This document shows, one piece after another, positions 51,851 through 64,000 of a stretch of 64,000 nt of DNA. The position numbers and the translations under genes are program-made. The notes below the pieces were generated by a model. The model was not told the DNA's origin, did not search any database, and saw only the letters and a program-made list of their open reading frames with translations. The stretch spans positions 13,640,001 through 13,704,000 of the forward strand of contig OX597834.1 of NCBI GenBank assembly GCA_951406725.2, read 5' to 3'. The stretch's first letter is position 1; every line of letters begins with the position of its first letter. Origin of the DNA: Octopus vulgaris. Its lineage: Eukaryota.

Positions 51851-52854
51851 TGTGAATCATCAATCACATCAGCCATGATTCTTTTCAGAATGGTTATAGA
51901 AAAATAAAAATGTTGGCCAAAGTATGTGAGCGCTTCGTTTCCACAGGAAACAGTAGTGTATGTGCCCCAGTCTGCTCAGACGCGAAGTGGTGCAACATAC
52001 GGCGGTCAGGTTGTAATATATGATGGATGCAATATATGGAACAACGTTAAGAGCAACTATAATTATAACAATATTTCTGTGCATACGCATGAAAAAAAAT
52101 GTCTGCCGAGTTCTTTCTTCAAAAAAGATATTGAAATATCTACATGAAGTATACACATCTATATATGTCCGTGTGTGCGTGTGTACGCATGATTGTAAGC
52201 ACCTAGGTACGTATGTATGTGTGTATGGATGTATTTGCGTACATGACTTTATTGTTTCATAAAATTGCATCCGTTGCACAAAAAGTAATGACAAATTAGT
52301 GAAATTATTTACAGCTAATGATAAAAGAGATTCTGAAACTAATTAATCAATATATACATAAATATAATTTTAAAAAAAATATGAAGCAAAAATTTGCTAA
52401 ATAAAAACAAAATTGTGCAGGAATATTATTGTTTGTTCAGAATTAATTTCATCGTATTTTGTTTTTTCGAAATGGAAATTAATGTTATTTGATTATATTC
52501 ATTCTAATTATATTACTGGATAATTCAAATTAATGCTGGAAACAAATAGGTTCATTTTTGTTTTTTTAATTCACATTTCTGTCTGTTTCAGTATTTTCAC
52601 AATATAGAACGATAATGTTATGAATTATGAAGTAACGTTAGAGAAGCTACAGACAAAAGCTTACATCTGAACATAAAACACTAACGTGTATCGAGTACAG
52701 GCTTTACCTTCTATAAAAGAATATATTGTTGTAATTGCATTTCGTTCTTATAAATTCTGTTCTTACTCTGTCGGAATTAATATTTTGTGTATAATCCGTA
52801 AGAAGTAAAATATCAGCTAGCCCTGCTAATTTGTCAAGAAATGTAAGTCTCTTT

Positions 52855-53308
52855 TATATAAAAGAGATGAGGAATTATTTACATTATTTACATGATTTAC
52901 GTTTGATGGATAATTGTCCTCATCTTGTTTGTTGTTAACACAATGTTTCGACTGATATACAGTCCAGCCTTAATCAGGTATATTGGTGAAGGTACGCACC
53001 TGACTTTTCATTCCTAAGGTAATTTTCGATCTTGTTTTTGTTGTTGTTGTTGTTCAAGTCACTTCCTGGAATCGAATTCGGAATCTCGGGGTTAACAGCC
53101 CGCGCTCTTAACCACTACGCCATATGCCCGTGGGCAATATTATAGTAATAGCATCGACAAATATTTTAGGAATGAGAAACCAGGTTCGAAATTTCCCCAA
53201 GAAACGTGACGAAGGCTGGAGTGTATATCAGCCGAAACATTGTGTTAACAACAAACAAGACGAGGAAAAATATCCGTCGAAGGTAAATAATGTAAATAAT
53301 ATTCATCT
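52855..53308. mobile_element. Family F head-to-head palindromic element: tRNA-like head with two outward-facing hammerhead modules
   Basis: Minus-strand head GGGCATATGGCGTAGTGGTTAAGAGCGCGGGCT...GAATTCGATTCC (53053-53129), (AAC)n, then a module with motif at 52937-52982. Centre TGCCC-GT-GGGCA. Inverted module at 53150-53308 with motif at 53201-53246. Both cores carry point changes. Confidence 0.8.
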
Positions 53309-53454
53309 TTTCATAATCGATAAAATATACAGTATATATATATTTATATATATATATATATATATATGCGATATCAAAAATAGAAATAGGTATCAAAAGT
53401 CTCTTCCGAGCCACAGGTTCACAATTTCGGCTGTTTGGATTCTGTGACGTAATT

Positions 53455-53645
53455 ACCCCTGAACGGGTCGACAGTCTGCAACAGGTAACACCTTTTAACC
53501 AGCTAAATGGATTTCAGCAGATTGTAATGAAGTGATTTGCTCAAGAACACAACGTATTGCGCTGTCCGAGATTTGAAACCACAAACTTACGACTATAAGT
53601 ACAACACAAACTTACGACTATAAGTACAAATACTAACCCACCCGC
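53455..53645 (-). mobile_element. Old CORE-like SINE remnant
   Basis: Minus strand GTGGTTTCAAATCTC...GTTGTGTTCTTGAGCAAATCACTT. Confidence 0.5.
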
Positions 53646-53681
53646 CTCAAAATAATTTTGGAGTATATATTACAATCATAG

Positions 53682-53993
53682 GTGGAGGCGCAATGACCTA
53701 GTGGTTAGGGCAGCGGACTAGCGGTCGGAGATTCGCGGTTTCGATTCCCAGACCAGGCATTCTGTGTGTTTATTGAGCTAAAACACCTAAAAGCTCCACG
53801 ACCTCCGGCAGGGGTTGTGGTGACCCCTGTTGTACTCTTTCACCACAACTTTCTCTCACTCTCTATCTTCCTGTTTCTTGAGTAACGCTACGATGGACTG
53901 GTGTCCAGTCCAGCTGGGGGAACACATATGTCACAGAAACAGGGAAACCGAGCCCATGAGACTGGTTAGGCTTGAAAAGGGCGACGTTTTTTT
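53682..53993 (+). mobile_element. SINE family 1, tail type C
   Basis: Head and body match 21786 to CTTCCTGTTTCTTG, then a different tail ...CGATGGACTGGTGTCCAGTCCAGCTGGGGG...GGCTTGAAAAGGGCG. Confidence 0.85.
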
Positions 53994-54593
53994 ATAGATT
54001 GCAATAAGTAGAACATGTGTTTCTTTGGAACGATACTAAAGAGCACGGCAATACATCAAAACGTCCTTAAATCGTTAGTACTGGTCCAAAATATATGTAA
54101 AGGGTAGGCCCTCTCCACTAAAACAATAGTAACCATAGTTCTCAATAAAGTAATGTAAAACGTTTGCCACACAAACGTAATTCCTTCAGGACTACGGAAG
54201 CAACACATTCGCAGGTTTTACAAGCGGAGTTAGTGATGTAGAATGCAGTCTCACATATTGACAGAAAGCAATGATCTTTAATATATATGGTATTAGGAAG
54301 TTGGCAAAGTAGAACAGAGAATTAATATAGATAGGCCATTGATATTTTAGTTATTTTGGCGTGTATACGGCATATTGTACGTCGGAATACAAGTGATAGC
54401 TATCATGTTTTTGATTGGATTACTTCCATGCATTATGGGTCTGCCAAAATATAGCATAACTGGAGCTTTCTAACGAACGCAGATATTGAACATTTATATA
54501 GATTATTCTTTGACCAGGACATCAGAGGGAAAATGAAGAATTGCAAATATATTTAGAAAGAAAAATAGCGGCTAACAGCTAAACCAGAAGTGA

Positions 54594-54638
<45 letters not shown>

Positions 54639-54971
54639 TTATATATATTTACTTAACTCATGCATCGGGGGAATAATAACAATATCTACCGATGCCATGA
54701 TGATTAATAGCTAAACGTCACCCTGGAGGTTGCCTCTGTTACTGACCTTTGTAAGTGAAGTATCCTATGTCATCAAACTACAATGGACATTACAAATATT
54801 TTCGTCTATTCTTCACTGTGTGTATTTATTTTCTTCGAAACATTCGCAATCTCCTTCTTCTCCGCCATCATCTGCATGCTCTTGAAAATAACACCTACGC
54901 CATCTTTATTTTTATTCTTAATGCTTAGCATTTTACTACACTGTAACTGCGGCGACGATCATACCGATAGC

Positions 54972-54972
54972 A

Positions 54973-55030
<58 letters not shown>

Positions 55031-55039
55031 TAATAATGC

Positions 55040-55087
<48 letters not shown>

Positions 55088-55097
55088 TAAAAATAAT

Positions 55098-55132
<35 letters not shown>

Positions 55133-55266
55133 TGATGATAATAATAATAATAATGAGGATAATAATAATAATGATGATAATAATAATGATGATAATAATA
55201 ATAATAGTGATAATAATAATAATGATGATAATAATAATAATAAGGATGATAATAATAATAATGATG

Positions 55267-55300
<34 letters not shown>

Positions 55301-55320
55301 TAATAATAATAATTATGATG

Positions 55321-55372
<52 letters not shown>

Positions 55373-55556
55373 TAATAATAATAATAATAATGATAATAAT
55401 AATACTGATGATAATAATAATAATAATGATGATAATAATAATAATAATGATGATAATAATAATAATGATGATAATAATAATGATGATAATAATAATAATA
55501 ATAATAGTAATAATAATAATAATATTAATGATGATAATAATAATAATAATAGTAAT
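54972..55556 (+). repeat. (AAT)n/(GAT)n microsatellite
   Basis: Direct inspection. Confidence 0.97.
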
Positions 55557-55567
55557 GGTTTCAGATA

Positions 55568-55805
55568 TTTTGACACAAGGCCAGCAATAACAGCCGGTTG
55601 GTAAGTCGATTTATTCGACTAGTACCTATTTTATCGACCCCCAACATGGTGAAGGGAATGTTGACCTCGGTGATAGTTGAACTAAGAACGTAAAGACGGT
55701 CTAAATGCTGCTAAACCGCCGAGGTCGACTTTTGGCGATTCGACCTCTCAGTGACGATAAATTAAGTACCAGTGGTAATTCTCGGGTCGATGTAACCGAC
55801 TTGAC
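55568..55805. mobile_element. Two diverged SINE family 2 fragments in inverted orientation
   Basis: A minus-strand copy runs to about 55712, then the plus strand reads CCGCCGAGGTCGACTTT...GATAAATTAAGTACCAGT...GGGTCGATGTAA. Confidence 0.65.
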
Positions 55806-55952
55806 CTGTCTTGCAAAGTTAGCATCGAAGTGTATCCTGGGTCAATGGCATCGGCTAACCACGTCTTCTCCACAGCATTCATCTGGTGCCAAAATTTGGA
55901 ACAGTTGTTATTAAATATATTTTCACCACGTCATCCTCCTGCACCTCCTTTA

Positions 55953-56020
<68 letters not shown>

Positions 56021-56023
<3 letters not shown>

Positions 56024-56378
56024 TAGTTTTATTATTATTTTTATAGCGTGCTTTCACTTCACTACCGAGCGCAGCTCTGTGTGCCTTGGGTATGTGCTGT
56101 GATTTGTTGTGATGCTCTGATGGTTATTGTATGGAAAGTGTTCTGCGTAGGATGTGTGCAGTGCCTAGTAGTGCAATTTTCTGTATGTTATATGTGTTTG
56201 TAAGTCCTGGTGTTTTTGTTATGTATTTCTCTGAATATTTTTTTATCATGCCTAATGCACCTACTATGATAGGAATTGTTTCTGTTTTCAGATTCCACAT
56301 TCTAGTTACTTCTATTTCCAGGTCTTTGTATTTTGTCTATTCCACATTCTAGTTACTTTATTAGGTCTTTGTATTTTG
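56021..56378 (-). mobile_element. Dong/R4-like retrotransposon, second 5'-truncated copy
   Basis: Differs from 14313-14621 by only a few substitutions and one small indel. (TAA)n on both sides. About 40-bp duplication at the 5' junction. Confidence 0.9.
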
Positions 56379-56379
56379 C

Positions 56380-56394
56380 TATTATTACTATTAC

Positions 56395-56478
<84 letters not shown>

Positions 56479-56709
56479 CATTATTATTATTATTATTATT
56501 ATTACTACTACTATTATTATTATTATTATTATTATCATTATTATTATTATTATTACTACTATTATTATTATTGTTATTATTACCATTATCATTATTATTA
56601 TTATTATGATCATTATTATTATTATTATTATTATTACTATTATTATTATCATTATTACTATTATTATTATTATTATTATTATTATCATTATTATTATTAT
56701 CATCACTAC

Positions 56710-56747
<38 letters not shown>
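56380..56747 (+). repeat. (ATT)n microsatellite
   Basis: Direct inspection. Confidence 0.97.
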
Positions 56748-56749
<2 letters not shown>

Positions 56750-58504
56750 TACCTGCTCAGTGTTAAGCAGGAAGTGTTGGAATGTTGCCTTACATTAAGC
56801 GTCTAATCAAACTTACTTTCCTTGTTCAAAGTCATTTGTTAATATGCAATACGTACGCCGTGAAACAATGAAATGATGTACAAAGGTTGATTGAAATTTC
56901 TATTACTCTCATGCACAATTCTTTTCTCATGGATTGGAAATCTATGTTCATCGCCAATGGAAGATAGATAGATGGGCTGATACGGTAGTAGAAAAAAAAA
57001 ATATCGCATGAAAATTTATCGTCCACCATTCATATCGAATACCAATTTTTCACCTCCTTTTCCGTGTGTCCACAAACATAGGCATTTAAAAAGTTTTATT
57101 TTCGATAATGTTTCCAAACTGTTATTGCCTTTGCGTCAATGTTATAAATGATTATTATCTAAAACCATTCCATTGAACCACTGTCAATGCATTCAGAGAT
57201 CAAACATCCTACAATGTTTAGTAACTCCAATGTTTAAATGAATATTTTAACGCCCATTAAAAATATTTGGTGTTGCAACAATGCTGCATATTAAATGATT
57301 TAAATTAATTCACTAATGAGATTAGAGTGAAAACTGCAGGTAGGTTAATGAGCTCTGGACCACACGATGTTATGGTTTAGCGATCTGTAATCATGCATTT
57401 GAAAAAAACTGTATATAGGTTACGTACAAGCATTGCAAATTATAATACGTTCTACTCGCCAGCACAAGTTAGAGACAACGGGAAACAATGGAAACAGAAA
57501 ATTATACTGTAATTAAATTAAATAATGTATTGATGATATAAGCAGTAGTTTTCCTATGTTGAAATTTCTCGCGGCATGAGAGACGGCGAACAAAACCTTG
57601 CCGCGTTTAGTAGCGATTTAGAGAAGACGGGGAGATATATTGAAATAAATGAATCGTGAAAACACATATCACGGTAATTTACATGCTTGTAGAGACAAGA
57701 ATCACATAGTCTTTGATAGCAATGGACATTCCATCGACCCTAGTTGACCCCATCAACAATTTACTATTCAAATCTAAAGTCAAATGCCGAATCAAAATAC
57801 TTTTACACACCGAAATATCGTAATGTATAATTTAATGTAAAGTCCAAAAGCGAACAACCAACTTTAGCCAAAGCAATGATATAGCACGTGCTGAATACAG
57901 TAAATGAAAATATCCAAAATTATCGTTAAATAGGAACTTTTTACGAAAGATATTCAATGGACCATGTGAAGCAGAATCTCTTGTTTGGAGTAGAATTGTG
58001 AAGACAAATAGAGAGATCAGAAATAGAGGTTTTTGTCTTTACATAGAAAACCCATTTTACGGCCGACTACAGACGTGAATAGCTCAGGGGTATTACTGCT
58101 TGTAAAACAAATGTTGATTAGTACTACAGCCAGTTTCAATAACTAGTTTTAGAGGAATAATGAATTCTGTACAGCTAATTTTATTAATGAATTACTTTTC
58201 CATTAGTAGAGTTATGTGTTAATGCTTAAATGCAAAGTGGGATTAAGTTCACATTTTAAAAAGTTTCTTGGTGACAAATATATAGAGACGCTTGTATTAT
58301 ATACAATAGATCTGTGGAGGGAAAATAAGAGCAAACACGATCCTTACACTAGTTGCAACAGCTATCATTCCAATGCGACGTTGTTTTGGCTCAGATAAAA
58401 TAAGGCAAAGGACAGACTGGAATTCTATACCCAGTTTAACGTTACAGTAATATCAGGTGAAACGTTGTGCCGTTGAATTAACGTGTGGGTATATGTACAC
58501 ACAC

Positions 58505-58560
<56 letters not shown>

Positions 58561-58995
58561 TATATATATATATATTTATATGTATGTATGTATAAAATTT
58601 TATATAAATTATAAGATCCAACGGACCTTGTATAGAGAGCTGGTAAGCATCGGGCAGTCCATAGAAGATATAAAAAACAAGTTTCAGGAACCCACAGTAA
58701 TTTACTGGTGTAGACACGGTAGTAATTTTTTCCGTATCAAATTTCGATCAGTTGAATAGAGATATTTTATAGTTCACGTTTACCAATTACAGTTACGATG
58801 TTTACAAATATAAATGTGAATTGAGAGAACGGAACATGTATCGTTTTACCCTATCCTAAGGCTTCCACACTTTTACTGTAAAACACATGGATAAATGAGG
58901 CCTGCTCCATTCCTACAATTTGGATTTTACATATATGTATGTGTGTGAGTGTGTGTGTCTATGTGTGTCTATATATATTTCTGTGTATATATTTA

Positions 58996-59790
58996 CGAGT
59001 TGGTTTCAAAAGCTTCCCGAAAAGATATGTATAATAAAAAATAAATTGTTTACCTATGTTTTATTATCATCTCTTTCGAAATAGTAAACTTGCGCAGCAG
59101 GATACCATTCCCAGTTTTTCTGCCTCTTTTGGAATCGAACCTGGAAATCGGTTTCCGTAATTGAGTCTAGAATTTTCTGTTATACGCTAGCGATCTCGAC
59201 TATTATGTTAAGACGGCACACTTTGATCTACATTTTTATCTTGTGATAGAGGACGTTCCCTGGTGCTAAATCTGATGAATAGGACGCGTGCATCAATAAT
59301 ACCATGTTTTTTTTGGCCAAGAAACGAACGAGCGAGGATAGTTTATTTACAGGCGCATTGTCGCCGTCAAGAATCCAATTACTCGCACCCCACAACATCG
59401 GTCGCTTTCGCCGTATGTCCTCCTTGAAACGCTTTAAAACTTTTCAGTAGAACTTTCAATGACCCCGGAGATTAATTGCCGATGCGCTATACAATATTTC
59501 CAGGCTGTTACGTTCGTGGCAAGTTTTCCACATCATTCGTCGTCTTGCAAGGATGTTCTTCCGCTTTTAAAGCACTCGTGCCACTCGAAACGTTGAGTAC
59601 GACCCATTGCCACGTCGTCCTAAGCTTGCCGAAGCATGCTCTATGCCTCTTTTGGTAGACTTAACAAGTTTAACGGAAAATTTCACGTTAGCTCTTTGTT
59701 CCTGTCCCAAATCTCTGACTACGTCACACGCGGTTTCCTGAAAAGAAAAATCAAATTTCACAACTTTTTAAATCTACACAGTGATACCAC
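58996..59790 (-). mobile_element. mariner (DD34D-type) transposon remnant, internally deleted
   Basis: N-terminal EQRANVKFSVKL. Catalytic region IRRKRPMLWGASNWILDGDNAP...HASYSSDLAP. Terminus TA|CGAGTTGGTTTCAAAAG. Confidence 0.82.
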
Positions 59791-59926
59791 ACGTCACACT
59801 GCTTCATGAAGTTCATTTATGCACCTGTATGAATACATATATGCATATTTAGGTATGTATGTATGTGTATGTATGTTTCTATTTGGATGCATCCATATAT
59901 GCGTATTTGTGAACGGGTATATTTCC

Positions 59927-59985
<59 letters not shown>

Positions 59986-60130
59986 TATAATATAAATTAG
60001 GCAAATCAAACAGTGAATAACATGAACCAAATCATAGAGATAAAAATAATTAATATAATAAATATATAAAATATAAAATTGAACTTATTTAAATTTAAAG
60101 TTAAAAAGTTAAAATTATTAATTTATATTT

Positions 60131-60214
<84 letters not shown>

Positions 60215-62379
60215 TATGCATACACATATATATTTGAATGTGTGTTTATGTGCGTGTGTCCCCGCTTGTGTGGAGATAGAGAAAGACATTTCTAGTAAAT
60301 GCACATAAACGTCTAACTTATTGGCTGTTTTAAAAGTAAACTTGAATTTACCAATCACATCGAAAAAAGATTAGTCTTCTTATTTCCAGGTGGATCTGTG
60401 ATTCCCTAGAATCTAGCATTGCTATTTCTAGCATTACGTTTCACACGTTTATAAGAGCAATCAACGCTTTCCAACATTACTTGGTTTGTAATTGCTGGTT
60501 GGTGTTAAGTGGGACTTAGTTGTGATTGCTGATTATTATTCGTTACATGGTTATTTACTTGTAATTTTCGTTTTAAACAATTTTCAAAATTAATGCAACT
60601 CGTAAAGCGCTAGTTAGCAGTTGTGGAATTGAAAATAATTTCCAATGTGTTGTTGTAATAATAATTTAAAAGTGAGGGTAATCCTATGAGAAAACACAGC
60701 TTTCGTAATATTTAGTGTTATGCAATTACTGTTAGCGCCTTTACAATGATTTATTTGAATGAAATGCTATTAAGAATGGAGGTATTATTTGGATTTGTAG
60801 TGGATGTTAGAACAACGGGTGAAAATGCTGATGACAATTACTTATGAGCTTTTCCTTTCTCACCTCAAATCTCGAAGAGCATCTATCTTAATTTAAATTT
60901 CATCAATTTGGGTTTATTAAACCTCAATAAAATATAAAGAAAAATTTCGAACACAGTTCGAATTAATAAAATATTCTCCTTCCTTTCTACTATAAGCACA
61001 AGACCTGAAATTTTGGGTGATACAAACTGATTTCCTGCTAGTGACAGTAACATTTGTTTGATAGTAACACTAGATTCATACTTTGAAATTCCGTGAATAG
61101 AGTTACAAGAAAATCCTTTACCACCGGTATTTAATTTATCGACCCCGAAATATGGCAAGGCAAAGTCGATCACGGCGCCATTAATTCAAGTATCTCATTA
61201 GCTTAACTGGGCGTAGTTTCGATCTAAGAACCTGTGGGTTATATTATTCTCCTTCCGTCGCTCTGTGGCTTTATGACCATGCTACAGATTCATATACATT
61301 TTGTGTGGAGAAGAGACATCGCAGAAACTGTACCTGAATGTGTGAAATAAAATAACATCAATTAATGAAACTACTACAGAATATGCATCATTTTTTTTCT
61401 TCTCATATTTATTATATACCTTCATTATATTTTAATTCACTCAAAAAAATACAGCTCCCGCCCTTAGATTTGCTGAAATTTCTCACCAGAATATATTTGA
61501 AAAAATATCTGCTCGTCCACACCCTTTAGGTAAAGATGGTGACATATTCTTTGGATTTTTACTTCTGAAGAAATTATGAATTCATTATCTGTAATTTTCT
61601 TGATCAGGAAGTCAAGTGACAGTAAAATGTTAATATTATGCTTAGTGACTGTGAATGTAGTTAGGGATTCGTCTGTTAGTCATATTCAGAGCAATGCTAA
61701 TGACACTTAAAACTACACGCACGGTGGCATCTTATAGGGGGAATATATAACGAAATTACGTTTCTGGATATTGATGGTATCATTTCATATGCAACTTTTA
61801 ATACAAAACAAAATTGAAACCTTTGATATTAGTTGTTGCTTTGAAAGTAGCAATTACTTGCGGCTAGATGCAAATATTCTAATAAAGCTCATATGTATTT
61901 CTTATTTCTGGAAAATGTATGTTAATGTAATGAATTTCGATTCTTGGAGTTACAAAAGATGAGCGAGATATTGTTGTTTAGAACGACAGCAGTGTATTTG
62001 GTGATCGTAAAATAGAGGCACTCCTTTCGCATCGGTTCTGAAAGTGTTGAAGATGAAATTGGCAAATATTTGAAACTGCGTCAGTTGGGAATGTAATGTG
62101 AGTTAAATACAATGAACATTTTAACTGATATTAGATTAATAACTTATTCATCTGATTACCTACATCGAAGTATATGGAATGAAGTGAAAATATATGCACG
62201 GAGCAGAGCACTTCAGAGAGACCAAGCAAGAATAAAACACACGGTGTAGAACTATACGTGATAGTATTAACTGCTCCAGTATCTAATTGATTTGCAGAAA
62301 TTCCAAGCCCTACGCTATCGGCTATGATTGTGCTAACATGCGACCACAAAGATAATTCGGACCAAAAGGAGCATCAGTT

Positions 62380-62800
62380 CTAGAAGGGTCAAGTACGCTA
62401 CCTTATGTGCAAGATGATATGAACGCCAATGCTTTGTTTTACACGTATTATATCAAGATGATGTCAATGTGCTGGGGAATGGCCGGATGGATTTCGGAAT
62501 AATCAGAACAAAGGATGAGGACACTTGTTCGATGGATGATATTTCTGCACCCGCATCTGGAGTACTGTGCACCTTCGTGGTCACCCCACAGTGATTTTTC
62601 GGGAAGCTGAAAGAACTGCGATTCTGCTACCTTGAGGGAAGATAGGAGAGATATGATGTGATATATGTATGGCAATTCCTGGCAAGATCGGCAACGAGCT
62701 TTGGCATCGAGAGCTATACAAACCACCGAATGGGTCGTCACTGCACAGTGTGAAAGATCCCAACCATCCTGTCTACAGTGAATAACATCTGGTATAGGTC
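62380..62800 (+). pseudogene. CR1-clade LINE ORF2 C-terminal remnant
   Basis: MAGWI...PHLEYCAPSWSPHS...LKELR...ERYDVIYVWQFL resembles RPxLEYxxxxWSP...LxSLERRRERY. Frameshifted. Confidence 0.7.
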
Positions 62801-64000
62801 AAGATTCAAAAACCTACGGCTATTTAATAACTTGACAAAAATATACAATACCTATCGATGGAATGGTGGAAAAATATTTTTATGAAACGAGTTGAGCTTA
62901 TGCTGTCCAGGGTCCAAGACGAACTTGTATTACAGCAAGAAACTCAAAAGAGGGTTGTCATATCGAGTTCCTTCCACCTAAAATCCAATCGCATAAGGAT
63001 GGCCATTGAGAGGGTAATAATACTCGCGGTGCACTATCATGACAACAGCTTTAGTACCAAAACGCTTTAAAGAATAACAGAATACTGATGTTATTGTGTT
63101 GTTACACAGACCCTCAATCATCCCTTTAATATCTCACTGCTTCATGTTCATTATATCTAATATCTGACTGATAATATAATATCTAACTGCCACGTTTTTA
63201 TTATATGTAACTGTACATTTTCTAAAGCGTCTGTTTGTGTTTGTATGTGTTCGCATGTGTGTGTCCATGTGTCCGTGTGTCTTTCAAAAACACAGCGCAT
63301 TCTACGAGAGCATTCACTTGTTATTTCTAGTAGGGAGAAACTTTGCTGGTGTGACGCGACGGTCGGTAATACTCTTAAGTTTAGTAATACAGCAACTGTT
63401 GTCATTCAAGCTACATTGGTAGAAATTTAGCTCCAAGGGAATTAGTGTGAATATGTGATGTTGTGTTATACCGCGTGTAAATAGTGTAAATGCGTGATGT
63501 TGTCGTGTTATGCCGGGTCAGTTTTGATGTAGCCCCTCCTTCGCAGTGCGCATCAGTGAAACAAGATCATTCAATGTACTCGTTAATATACAAAGCAAAC
63601 ACTGAGAAGGCAGAGGATTTTCTTGTAACTCTATTCACGAAATTTCAAAGTATGAATCTAGTGTTGCTAACAAACAAAAGTTACTGTCACTAGTAGGAAA
63701 TCAGTTTGTATCGCTTGTATTAGTCCCAGTAAAATTATTTATTTAGGACATGATACATGCTTATTGATGGTGGCAGTAAAAGAATGATTTAGATTATGCA
63801 CATACACGGAATATCACATGCAGTCATTTCACCAAGGGTGTAATAATATAGTTATTCTAGGCTGTGATGTGTTAAAGATATTATGAGATATGTTCGTATC
63901 TTTTCGATATGAAAAACAAGTACGCTGATAATAGATATGTATATATATGTATGTAAACATATTCTCACACATATGTCAATACACTTTGCATGCAAATCTA

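Noticed and set aside
54783-55604. 273-aa ORF with a hydrophobic N-terminus and poly-Asn/Asp tract
   Set aside because: The length comes from an (AAT/GAT)n microsatellite, and the 3' end runs into a SINE. The apparent signal peptide reflects T-rich sequence.
63330-63430. Peptide FSNTATVVI resembling the end of a cadherin repeat
   Set aside because: It lacks the DxGxP and DxNDNxP motifs, and the frame closes immediately.

Overview
AT-rich, repeat-saturated eukaryotic non-coding DNA (intergenic or deep intronic). The repeat repertoire resembles an octopus or other coleoid cephalopod genome; this is inference from my recollection of the families, not a database match. I recognise no host protein-coding exon. 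Most long ORFs in the track are translations of (TA)n, (CA)n, (AAT)n and (ATC)n microsatellites. The window holds three tRNA-derived SINE families; decayed Tc1/mariner, hATm-like and Helitron DNA transposons; and fragments of Dong/R4-like, Tx1/L1-like, CR1-like and possibly Penelope-like retrotransposons. The most interesting signals are RNA-structural. (1) About a dozen minimal type I hammerhead-ribozyme motifs occur in at least six short non-coding families, most embedded in (TA)n tracts. (2) One family couples the hammerhead to a tRNA-like Pol III head and occurs as a head-to-head palindrome. (3) One SINE forms 184-bp tandem multimers, including a headless, circularly permuted exact dimer. 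Together these suggest a family of small ribozyme-bearing and possibly circular-RNA-derived non-autonomous retroelements. Ribozyme activity is untested, and boundaries were read by eye.
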